Assembly (NCBI GenBank): GCA_964598265.1 | Contig: CAZRBD010000003.1 | Span: 1 to 62,311, forward strand | DNA from: an uncultured archaeon | GTDB lineage: Archaea > Asgardarchaeota > Lokiarchaeia > Sigyniarchaeales > SOKP01 | Reading direction: 5' to 3' | Length of the DNA stretch: 62,311 nt | Shown here: positions 20,904-29,391 of the stretch, piece after piece | Layout of the letters: every line of letters begins with the position of its first letter | Position numbering within the stretch: the first letter of the stretch is position 1 | The notes under the pieces: model-generated | Told to the model about the DNA's origin: nothing | The model's input: only the letters and a program-made list of their open reading frames with translations | Databases searched by the model: none | Position numbers and translations under genes: made by a program

Positions 20904-23408
20904 TTATTTGAGATAAGGACCAGTTTTAGAGTTTTTATTACTTTTAATTTTTTCTGGAGTACCTTTCGTAATAATTTCCCCCCCTTTAGGACCACCTTCA
21001 GGCCCTAATTCAATAATGTAATCAGTAAAGGATAGAATGTCAGGGTCATGCTCTATAATAATCACACTATTTCCTTCTTGGACTAATTGCTCTAATAATT
21101 CCATTAATTTCCTGACATCATAAAAAGATAATCCAATCGTAGGTTCATCTAAAATATAAAGAGATTTTGATTTTCGAGCACGTCCCAGTTCTTTTGCGAG
21201 TTTTATTCGCTGTGCTTCTCCTCCACTGAGGGTAGGAGCTGGTTGACCTAAGGTGATATATCCCATTCCTATTTCTTCAAGAATCTTAAGAATTTTCAAA
21301 ATACCCGGTTGTGATTTAAATAAGTCGAGTGCCTCGGAAACTGTTTGGTCTAACACGTCTGCGATTGTTTTTCCTTTATATTTTATTTCTAAAATTTCAG
21401 TTTTATATCTTTGACCTTTACATTCTTTGCACGGTATTGTTATGGCACTTAAAAATGATACTTGAATATCTTTTATTCCATCCCCTTTACAAATTGGACA
21501 CCTTCCTCTATCTGAATTGAAAGAAAAGTGCCCTGCTACAAATTTTTTCTTTATTGCTTCGGGCAATTTTGCAAAGACGTTTCTTATTTTATCCCAAATG
21601 CCAATATATGAGATTGGCATAGATCTTCTTGTCCTCCCTATAGGTCTTTGATTCACAACAATAACCTCATCAATATTTTCCCAACCATGTATGGATCCAG
21701 TAAATTCTAAAAGATCCTCTCCATTCACAAATTCCTCCTCAGATTCTTGAGTTGTTTTACCTTTTTTTACGGCTTCCCGCGTAAAATGTGGTTTTAGTAA
21801 TGGAACGAGTGTATCCTGAATTAATGAACTTTTACCTGAACCAGACACCCCACATATGCCAACCATCATTCCTAATGGGATTTTCACTGAGATATTCTTG
21901 AGATTGTTAGTGCTAACATTCGTGATCGAAAGATATTTAGTATCATTATTGGTTATTCTACGGTCTTTTATGGATTTTTCTGGCAATGAAATTTTTCCAG
22001 CCATGAATTGGCCTGTATGTGAATCTTTAACTTTAGTGATATCTTCAAGTTTACCATGAAATACTATCTCCCCTCCTTTAATACCTGCATCTGGGCCAAT
22101 ATCAATAATCTCGTCCGCTATTTCTATAAACCGTTTATCATGTTCGACAACAATTACAGTATTACCTTGTTCTTTTAGTTTAATTAGTAGTTGAATCAAA
22201 GATTCTTTCTCTTTTTCATGTAAACTCATACTTGGTTCATCAAGAATATATATGAGAGAATCGATGCCTGCATCTAAATGCGTCATAAGTGCTAATCTTT
22301 GCTGTTCTCCGCCACTAAGAGTGGGAAGAGTTCTATTGAGATGCATGTAAGATAACCCAACGTTTACCATATTTTGGAGGCGTTTGAGAATTTTATCAAT
22401 CAATGCTTTCCCTTGCTCCGTCTTTATTTGCTTATCACTCAGGTTTTCTAAGAATTCAATTATATCATCTATTACTATAATAGCTAATTCTCCAATATGT
22501 TTTCCTGCGATTTTTATATTTCTTGCTTGATCATTAATTCTAAATCCTTGGCATTCATCGCATTTTTGCTTGGTCATATAATTCTTGGTTATTTTATTTC
22601 TCCGATATGTACTTACGCTAGTACTCATAGCTCTCTCTAAGTGAGGGATAATCCCTTCGTATACTCTTTGTTTCATAATTCCTGAGAAATTTTTAGACTC
22701 CATTCTGAATGATAATCTTTTTCCTCCACTCCCGTGAAGATATATATTTCGGATCTTTTCTGGTAAGTCTTTATAAGGTGTATCTATATCGAAATCATAA
22801 AAACCCCCCAATTGTTCAACCCATCTAGTTTGATCAGCAAAACAAGCAGAACCTGCTTTTGTTATCTCGACAAGGTTTCTATTATAGTCTTGTACTATAT
22901 TATCTTCTGTGAAATGCATTGTATATCCTCTCCCTTTACATTCTAAGCACATTCCTGAAGGCTCATTGAAAGAGAAATGTTTAATCTCCACACGATCTCT
23001 CACTAAACCGCACAATTCGCACTCTAAGTTCTCATCTACTGAGATTTTACAAATAGGACACAATAATTCACCTTCAATGGCATATAACATTCTAAGTAAG
23101 TTGTAAATTATTGTCTTAGTGCCGATAGTTGATCTAGGATTGAATGCTCTCGTCGTCCTCTGTTCTACTGCTATGGTTGGACTTAAACCTTCAATTAAAT
23201 CGAATGGTTTTTCATCTTCTAATTTAGGAGGAAATCCAATTGCTTGGAGATATCGATTCATTCCTTCATTAAATATGATATCGAATGCTAAACTTGATTT
23301 TCCCGAACCAGAAACACCTGTTATTAGTATAATTTTCTTTTTCGGGATATTAACATTGATATTTTTTAGGTTATGAATCCTTGCCCCTACAACTCTAATT
23401 TCATCCAT
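20904..23408 (-). CDS. UvrA-like ABC ATPase lacking the UvrB-binding domain (class II / UvrA2-like, 834 aa)
   Basis: MDEIRVVGARIHNLKNINVNIP, two Walker A motifs (GVSGSGKSSL twice), signatures LSGGEQQRLAL and LSGGEAQRIKL, and zinc modules. Only about 30 aa separate CPICK...CELCG from FSFNEPSGMCLECKGRG, the position where canonical UvrA carries its roughly 140-aa UvrB-binding domain. Confidence 0.85.
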   Translation of the reverse strand: MDEIRVVGARIHNLKNINVNIPKKKIILITGVSGSGKSSLAFDIIFNEGMNRYLQAIGFPPKLEDEKPFDLIEGLSPTIAVEQRTTRAFNPRSTIGTKTIIYNLLRMLYAIEGELLCPICKISVDENLECELCGLVRDRVEIKHFSFNEPSGMCLECKGRGYTMHFTEDNIVQDYNRNLVEITKAGSACFADQTRWVEQLGGFYDFDIDTPYKDLPEKIRNIYLHGSGGKRLSFRMESKNFSGIMKQRVYEGIIPHLERAMSTSVSTYRRNKITKNYMTKQKCDECQGFRINDQARNIKIAGKHIGELAIIVIDDIIEFLENLSDKQIKTEQGKALIDKILKRLQNMVNVGLSYMHLNRTLPTLSGGEQQRLALMTHLDAGIDSLIYILDEPSMSLHEKEKESLIQLLIKLKEQGNTVIVVEHDKRFIEIADEIIDIGPDAGIKGGEIVFHGKLEDITKVKDSHTGQFMAGKISLPEKSIKDRRITNNDTKYLSITNVSTNNLKNISVKIPLGMMVGICGVSGSGKSSLIQDTLVPLLKPHFTREAVKKGKTTQESEEEFVNGEDLLEFTGSIHGWENIDEVIVVNQRPIGRTRRSMPISYIGIWDKIRNVFAKLPEAIKKKFVAGHFSFNSDRGRCPICKGDGIKDIQVSFLSAITIPCKECKGQRYKTEILEIKYKGKTIADVLDQTVSEALDLFKSQPGILKILKILEEIGMGYITLGQPAPTLSGGEAQRIKLAKELGRARKSKSLYILDEPTIGLSFYDVRKLMELLEQLVQEGNSVIIIEHDPDILSFTDYIIELGPEGGPKGGEIITKGTPEKIKSNKNSKTGPYLK

Positions 23409-23461
23409 ATTTTACCATATTTTCAATCAGTTTTAAACAAAAATACATATATAATTTTCTA

Positions 23462-23788
23462 TTAGACAGAATTTCTTATTGTTTCCCAAGCTTTAGTTTC
23501 TAAATTAGACCATTCCTGAATTGAAGCAGTTTCTGTAATTTTTACACTCCCTCCTAAACAACTTAAGACCCTTTCAAAAACTTCCGTCTTTTTCACTACC
23601 AATCCTAGTATCATTGGGAAAGGCATTAGTTTCATATAATAGTAAAAAAAGCCTAACCCTGAGCATAATCCTAAGATCCTAGGTTCTGAAAGTTCAATGT
23701 TATAATACGCAAGAACTTTGCTTAGACTTGACAACTGACAATTTGCACCAGACATATGCTTAAAATCTTCTATAACTATTCTAACCAA
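23462..23788 (-). CDS. short BtrH_N-like (papain/C39-like fold) paralog, N-terminal part only
   Basis: FKHMSGANCQLSSLSKVLAYYNIELSEPRILGLCSGLGFFYY parallels IGCHCESSAMRDLFEFYGYTITEAMAFGLDATMGFGFF of the 377-aa neighbour. It ends before the HFGGH segment. Confidence 0.45.
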   Translation of the reverse strand: MVRIVIEDFKHMSGANCQLSSLSKVLAYYNIELSEPRILGLCSGLGFFYYYMKLMPFPMILGLVVKKTEVFERVLSCLGGSVKITETASIQEWSNLETKAWETIRNSV

Positions 23789-23801
23789 TTTTTACTCACT
23801 T

Positions 23802-24227
23802 CTATTTTATATTCGGATTTATTTTATTTCCACAATCAAAACATTCTGCATCGTGAATACAAATTTCACCATTACACTTAGGACAAGTGTATAGTTTTTC
23901 TTGCTCTTGGAGCCATTTTTCAGCCCCTATTATTTTAATCCTTTTTAAATTGCCTATAAAACTTAGAAAATATTTTTCTTGATAGCGACTATCAATGTTT
24001 TTTAAATTCTGGCAAGGGAATTTATCGCACTCGAAACAAAATTCAATTTCTTTTTTCCTTAGCATTAGACAATCTCTCTTAATGAAAGAACAATTTTTAT
24101 TTCGAATTCTACAGCCTTTACAACCTGATTTACGTCCTCTCTCTTTTAATAGATCTTTCTTTAATAATAAGTAGGATCTACACGCACCACAGTACATTCC
24201 ACAAGGAGCTGCTAAATTATTTTTCAC
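23802..24227 (-). CDS. Cys-rich DUF3795-like protein
   Basis: The N-terminal motif APCGMYCGACRSY and multiple further CxxC pairs (CKGCRIRNKNC, CFECDKFPC, CPKCNGEIC, CFDCG) match my memory of the DUF3795 family. Confidence 0.6.
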   Translation of the reverse strand: MKNNLAAPCGMYCGACRSYLLLKKDLLKERGRKSGCKGCRIRNKNCSFIKRDCLMLRKKEIEFCFECDKFPCQNLKNIDSRYQEKYFLSFIGNLKRIKIIGAEKWLQEQEKLYTCPKCNGEICIHDAECFDCGNKINPNIK

Positions 24228-24241
24228 TCTTTTTTCACCAC

Positions 24242-25375
24242 TTATAGTTTAATTTTTGATAATTTTTTGAATAAACCCTCTTCATTGGTAAGTATGAATA
24301 GAGCAATATTGTGTAATTCGTCTAAATCTATATGGGCTAAACAATCGTCATTGTATTCTTCCGAGACATTTTTTAAAGTCTCTGCTATTAAAGTCCATTT
24401 TTGAGCTACTTCAGTTATTATTGGTATAACACTTTCAATGATCTTAAATTCTTCCTTACTCCACGCTCTTTGGCCTTCTCTTAACTCCGGGTGATTAAGT
24501 AATTCTTCCAAGAATATCTTGTATAAACTCCGGAAAGCTGCGCCACCGGTCCCCCATGTTTCAATATATCCATGTAATAATTCAAACATCGTTTTGGCTA
24601 GTGAAACATCCTGACCTGATGCATTTTTTCTTTTTCCTTGCAATTTCTCTTTCCATTCAAGGATAGAGTTAACAAATAATTTTAACCCTTGAACTCCATT
24701 ATTATTTACGGAAGGTCTTAACATGTTATTTACTACTTTTTGGATTGATAATTTCACTCCTGCTGCTAACGGAGGATGCTTTCCATCTGGACGTCTCGAC
24801 ATGGAGAACTGAGCATTACTCGGCTGCATAAACTTTGGTCCAAATTCCGAGTTTCTTCCTTTCTTAAGAATACTAATTGATACTTCTTGAAATCCCTTAA
24901 ATTCGGAATCTCCCACATATGCAACTTCTTTTTCTTCATCATAACCTGCGAGCGAAATAGCATGACCGCCAAAATGGAATTCCCCTTGATGCTCAAAATA
25001 AGGTAAATACCCCATATCAATCTTCAGGATTAATGGAATATTTTGATCTAACATTTTTTTTGACTCTTCCCAAGCCTTATCAGCACTGGAAAAGGATTGT
25101 TTCCTGAAAATGATTCCTAATAATCGACAAGCTAATGAATTTGGTTCAATTATTCCTTGCTTACCTCCTAGAAAAAATTGAACTTCAGACTCAGGAATAA
25201 AAGACATAAGATTGGTAGTATCGAAAAATCCAAATCCCATTGTGGCATCCAAGCCAAATGCCATTGCCTCTGTAATAGTATATCCATAGAATTCAAATAA
25301 ATCTCTCATAGCAGATGACTCACAATGACACCCAATTCTGTGGATAAAGTTATTTACCATATGCTTCTGGACCAA
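24242..25375 (-). CDS. BtrH N-terminal domain + DUF4872-like protein
   Basis: GCHCESSAMRDLFEFYGY...FGLDATMGFGFF...IPLILKIDMGYLPYF...HFGGHAISLAGYDEEKEVAYVGDS matches the remembered BtrH_N consensus (Cys...His of a papain-like fold). It has a roughly 180-aa helical C-terminal domain. The 5' end overlaps the PadR gene by 26 nt. Confidence 0.65.
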   Translation of the reverse strand: MVQKHMVNNFIHRIGCHCESSAMRDLFEFYGYTITEAMAFGLDATMGFGFFDTTNLMSFIPESEVQFFLGGKQGIIEPNSLACRLLGIIFRKQSFSSADKAWEESKKMLDQNIPLILKIDMGYLPYFEHQGEFHFGGHAISLAGYDEEKEVAYVGDSEFKGFQEVSISILKKGRNSEFGPKFMQPSNAQFSMSRRPDGKHPPLAAGVKLSIQKVVNNMLRPSVNNNGVQGLKLFVNSILEWKEKLQGKRKNASGQDVSLAKTMFELLHGYIETWGTGGAAFRSLYKIFLEELLNHPELREGQRAWSKEEFKIIESVIPIITEVAQKWTLIAETLKNVSEEYNDDCLAHIDLDELHNIALFILTNEEGLFKKLSKIKL

Positions 25376-25943
25376 CTTTACCTCCTCCCTTTTTAATTTC
25401 TTCTAACACCCAGTTTAGAAACTCAACGTCAATTCCTAATATTTTAATGGGATGTAAAAACAAACCCCGTACATTTAATGGCATATGAGAGCTTTCATCT
25501 AGCATTTCCTCCAATTCTTTTTTATGTTTTATAATAGTATTTAAAGAATAGGATATTGATTCAATTTGCTCCTCGTGAGATAATATTGGAAGCATAGAAA
25601 AAGCTACATAAAAATCTTCATCATTTTTTCCTATAAATTCTTTTATAACATTTACAACCTTTTCCCTTAAAACTCTGGAACCTTTTTCTGTTATATTATA
25701 GACCTTAAGTGTTCTATTATCAACTTCTTCTATCCATTTATCTGTTAATCCTTTTTTTTCTAAACTCTTGATTACTCGATAAATCGAAGATTTACCTATA
25801 TTAGTCCAATTTCTCATGCCACGTTCTTCAATCCTTTTATTGATATTATAGGCATGACTAGGATTTTCAGCTATCAATCCCAGAACAACGAATTCAGAAT
25901 GATTCAGTGATATCATATTGTTCCTTTCTTCCAGGGGAGACAT
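25350..25943 (-). CDS. PadR family transcriptional regulator (long form with C-terminal domain)
   Basis: VVLGLIAENPSHAYNINKRIEERGMRNWTNIGKSSIYRVIKSLEKKGL is a typical PadR wHTH. It is the first gene of the co-directional cluster. Confidence 0.8.
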   Translation of the reverse strand: MSPLEERNNMISLNHSEFVVLGLIAENPSHAYNINKRIEERGMRNWTNIGKSSIYRVIKSLEKKGLTDKWIEEVDNRTLKVYNITEKGSRVLREKVVNVIKEFIGKNDEDFYVAFSMLPILSHEEQIESISYSLNTIIKHKKELEEMLDESSHMPLNVRGLFLHPIKILGIDVEFLNWVLEEIKKGGGKVGPEAYGK

Positions 25944-25970
25944 TACTTTGTTAGTTAATAGTTGAATAAT

Positions 25971-25990
25971 ATGGTCTCATATGAGACCAT
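25971..25990. promoter_or_regulatory. perfect 20-bp palindrome ATGGTCTCATATGAGACCAT, candidate PadR operator
   Basis: Read directly from the sequence. It lies 28-47 nt upstream of the PadR ATG (25943) and downstream of a TATA-like tttaaatataaa on the minus strand (about 26016-26027). An extra half-site CATATGAGA is repeated at 25993-26001. Confidence 0.5.
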
Positions 25991-26442
25991 TCCATATGAG
26001 AATATAAGGACAATTTATATTTAAATATATTTGTTTTAATAAAATTTATTTTAAAAAGTCAAAAAACTTTCTCTAAACAGCTTAAACTATTTATAGCGGT
26101 GGCAGTATAAAAAATAGCTAGGTTGAGGTTAACCTCAATACCCTCCCGCCATTTTTTGTATAAGAATGAATGTTTTAATCCATCTATCTCTTGGATTTTA
26201 ATGGTCGAATACCATTTCCAATCAGGAATGATAATATTTTGGAATACACCACATCTATATGGTTTTCCAAAAAAAGTACTTTACTTTTAATAAGAACTCA
26301 AAAATTTAAAGGAATTGTGGAAAATGGTAAACTTCGTAATTACTTAGAAGTTATAATTTATACATATGTTAATATTATTGCCTTTTTAATTTCATTAATT
26401 ACACTTTCAATTTTAAGACATAATTATAGTAGTGGTATAGTC

Positions 26443-27153
26443 ATGACAAGTATTTCTAATTCTACTCTTTCTAATCAAATCGGAACCTTAAAAGAAAAAT
26501 CCCTCCATGCTGAGTTAAAAGATTGGCTTAAAATACCTGGAGATAAGATTGAGACACCTATTGATGGTTATATAATTGATATTGTAAGAGGGAAACTTCT
26601 TATTGAAATCCAAACTCAAAACTTTTCCGCAATCAGGAAAAAACTTGAAAACCTTCTTAAACGTTATGAAGTTCGGTTAATATACCCAATAGTGCAAAAA
26701 AAATGGATTGTTTGTTTGGATCAAACCGGAGCACAAGTAACTAGGAGAAGATTATCTCCTAAACATAATTCATATGCAAATATTTTTGAGGAGTTAATCT
26801 GGATTCCTCATATTATTATGAATTCTAATCTGTCAATTGAAGCATTAATTGTTCATGTAGAAGAAACAAGGCTTAACAACGGTAAAGGGAGTTGGAGAAG
26901 AAAAGGTTGGAGTATCGTAGATCGAAAATTGGTTAATATAATAGACCAAAAGAGATTTCATGAACCTAAGGATTTTTTAACCTTAATTCCTAAAGACTTA
27001 AAATTTCCATTTACTAATTTTGAACTTTCTAAGGCTTTAAAAAAATCAATTGGATTAGCTCGAAAAATGACATATTGTTTGAGAAAAATAAATAATCTGA
27101 AAGTGATTGGTAAAAAAGGAAAAGCCTTTTTATATGACTTGAAACTTACCTAA
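26443..27153 (+). CDS. PD-(D/E)xK-like nuclease-fold protein (hypothetical)
   Basis: SLHAELKDWLKIPGDKIETPIDGYIIDIVRGKLLIEIQTQNFSAIRKKL contains a D...D-x8-E-x-Q arrangement resembling restriction-endonuclease-like cores. The ORF track opens at a TTG (26191), but the first ATG (26443) directly precedes the conserved-looking core. Confidence 0.45.
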   Translation: MTSISNSTLSNQIGTLKEKSLHAELKDWLKIPGDKIETPIDGYIIDIVRGKLLIEIQTQNFSAIRKKLENLLKRYEVRLIYPIVQKKWIVCLDQTGAQVTRRRLSPKHNSYANIFEELIWIPHIIMNSNLSIEALIVHVEETRLNNGKGSWRRKGWSIVDRKLVNIIDQKRFHEPKDFLTLIPKDLKFPFTNFELSKALKKSIGLARKMTYCLRKINNLKVIGKKGKAFLYDLKLT

Positions 27154-27288
27154 TACAATTCCTCATTAGCTAGTTTTTTTTCAGCCATAACTGAAGTACA
27201 TTATGATTAATATAATTTCCAATTAAGGAGAACTTAAATTATCCTACTTTTTTACATTTTTATAAGGATTCTCATTTAAGAGAGCATT

Positions 27289-28122
27289 ATGGAAAACTCA
27301 ATCGAACAGAAAGCTCAATCAATACTAGAAGAAAATGTTAAGAATATTGATTTAATAAGCTATTTCTGTAAGTCAACAAAGAAAACACCCATGTTTTTGA
27401 GTGAAATTCAAAGAAAATACGCTGAGATAATACCTTTGCTAAAGGAAGGATTAGTAAAGGATGAGAATCCAGTAAAAAGTTATATTTTTAATATAGATAA
27501 ATTTGAGAATTACTTTTATGAAAAATATCAAGGAGAAATTGATCTCTTAAAAGGCCAGATTTGGAAAAGAAAAAGAAAGAAAAATGAACTCGTACAATTG
27601 ACAGAAGATATGGAACCTGAAATCGGGAGTGAGGATTACGATCAAAAATTACGTGAAGTTCTTGATTTTGCTAAGAAATCAATAGATGAATTAGATAAAA
27701 TGGAGATAGAAAAGGAAGAATACAACAACGAGGTTGGAGGCTTACAGAAAAAGATGAAACAAGATCTCTATTATAAATTTCTATTTTTCATACGTAACGA
27801 TAAAGATTTTATTTTTAATAAAAGAACTGAAGATGATAAAGGAATAATTCATAAAAAAATATTGATCTATTTAAATGAATGCACCAAGGGTAAAGGATGG
27901 AAATTTTTTACAGAATTAAAGAATAAGAATTTTTTTAAAGAATATTCTCCGGCAAAGAATTATTACATCACGAAGTTAGGTATATGCGTTGATTATAATC
28001 TTAAAAAAAATAAATGGGATCAAGAGGAAGATTACCAGAAAACTGAGGAAGAGATTGCTCAAGATAAAGAATTTAATGAGTTTTTAAATAATATAAAGAG
28101 AGATATTTATTTCTCGGAATAA
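27289..28122 (+). CDS. hypothetical charged protein, possibly wHTH - coiled coil - wHTH
   Basis: 277 aa and K/E-rich. The segment KILIYLNECTKGKGWKFFTELKNK...YYITKLG looks wHTH-like. No firm family assignment. Confidence 0.45.
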   Translation: MENSIEQKAQSILEENVKNIDLISYFCKSTKKTPMFLSEIQRKYAEIIPLLKEGLVKDENPVKSYIFNIDKFENYFYEKYQGEIDLLKGQIWKRKRKKNELVQLTEDMEPEIGSEDYDQKLREVLDFAKKSIDELDKMEIEKEEYNNEVGGLQKKMKQDLYYKFLFFIRNDKDFIFNKRTEDDKGIIHKKILIYLNECTKGKGWKFFTELKNKNFFKEYSPAKNYYITKLGICVDYNLKKNKWDQEEDYQKTEEEIAQDKEFNEFLNNIKRDIYFSE

Positions 28123-28162
28123 TATAGTTGAATAATAATTATTAAAAAAATGTGAAAATAAA

Positions 28163-28936
28163 ATGATTACTTGGATATTATTTGGTATTTTCAGTATTTG
28201 GTGTATAATTAACCGGTTTAGTGAAAATGGTAAAGTTGAGGGCCAACCACTTGGAATGCCTCGAGGGACAGTTCGTGCTTTTATAACAGTTATGATTGTG
28301 TCCTTTCCTTTTGGATATTTAATATATGGTGAAGATATCCCAGGCTTAATAATTAGTGCAATATTTATAGTCGTCGCGTTTTATTTTGAAACCAGAAAGA
28401 GTGGCACGGAAAAATTAAAAGAAATTATCAATGAAATTAAAAAATCTGACTTAGTCCTTAACGATAGAATAGAGAAAAAACCCCTTTATTTACCAAAATA
28501 TACTATTCGAGTGTTTTTAGTATTTATGCTAATTCTAATTCAAATACTCATCTTCATAAAACCGACTATATCTTTTACAGAATCAAATACTCTTGCAGAT
28601 GTTCTCTTAATGATAGGGCTTTTCATTATCGGAGCATTTTTTAGATCTATCATGAAGTTCAGAGAAAAAAATAATATAAGAGAAAAAGTGCAAAATATGG
28701 ATGCATCACTTTCAGATGCCGAAATTATTGAAAAACTAATGTCAGAAGAACAGAGCTGGTTGAAAAGAGAAGGGAAGAACCTGCTTTCCTCACTAGTGCT
28801 AATTTTAGTCATTACAGCATTATTAGTTTATACGATTGGGTGGGATTTTACTATTTTCTCAGTTCCAGCGTATACATTGACAGTACAAGGTACTCTATTA
28901 TTGCTCATTAACTTTTATTATGGTTTCAGGGATTAA
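28163..28936 (+). CDS. hypothetical polytopic membrane protein with an internal repeat
   Basis: About 6 TM helices. PLGMPRGTVRAFITVMIV is echoed by PLYLPKYTIRVFLVFMLI. Confidence 0.55.
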   Translation: MITWILFGIFSIWCIINRFSENGKVEGQPLGMPRGTVRAFITVMIVSFPFGYLIYGEDIPGLIISAIFIVVAFYFETRKSGTEKLKEIINEIKKSDLVLNDRIEKKPLYLPKYTIRVFLVFMLILIQILIFIKPTISFTESNTLADVLLMIGLFIIGAFFRSIMKFREKNNIREKVQNMDASLSDAEIIEKLMSEEQSWLKREGKNLLSSLVLILVITALLVYTIGWDFTIFSVPAYTLTVQGTLLLLINFYYGFRD

Positions 28937-28999
28937 ACTAGGAATCGAATAAATAATTCCCTCTTTTTTTTTGGGATATGAATATTCTTCGTGTTTAAT

Positions 29000-29221
29000 T
29001 TATGAAAGATCCTCTTTAATTGGTATCTTGAAATAAAATGTCGATCCTTTATCTATTTCTGAATCCAACCATAAACGACCTTCAAGGCGTTCTACTATTC
29101 TTTTACATATAAAAAGGCCAATACCAGAGCCAGACTTTTTAGTTCCATTATCTACCCTTTTGAAAGGCTCAAAAATCATATCTATATTCATAAAATTTGA
29201 ATTTAAATATAAACAAATCAA
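29000..29221 (-). pseudogene. orphan C-terminal remnant of a sensor histidine kinase (HATPase_c tail)
   Basis: FEPFKRVDNGTKKSGSGIGLFICKRIVERLEGRLWLDSEIDKGSTFYFKIP corresponds to the end of the kinase ATPase domain (G2 box). No HisKA/DHp or N/G1 boxes lie upstream. Confidence 0.6.
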
Positions 29222-29391
29222 AAATTTTAAATTTTCAAACTATACTTTCATAATCCAATAAAGAAAGAGATACGAAAACGGGGTTGGTTTTTCACCCTAT
29301 TGTTAAAATTATTAATTTAATATGTATGATTTATGTTATAATAATAAGAATTTTTTTTAATCCCTAACATTATCAATTTAGTGATTATAGT

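Noticed and set aside
16547-23376. Many 60-118 aa + strand ORFs inside the UvrA-like genes (e.g. 19304-19660, 18515-18751, 23119-23376)
   Set aside because: All are antisense to long ORFs with unmistakable UvrA motifs. Their peptides mirror the antisense of Walker A and signature regions (e.g. ..PDPDTPVT..) and have no independent start or promoter context.
24766-25020. 84-aa same-strand alternative-frame ORF within the BtrH-like gene, and similar internal ORFs at 50493-50818 in the radical SAM gene
   Set aside because: They are nested in better-supported frames that carry the diagnostic motifs (HFGGH; CxxxCxxC).
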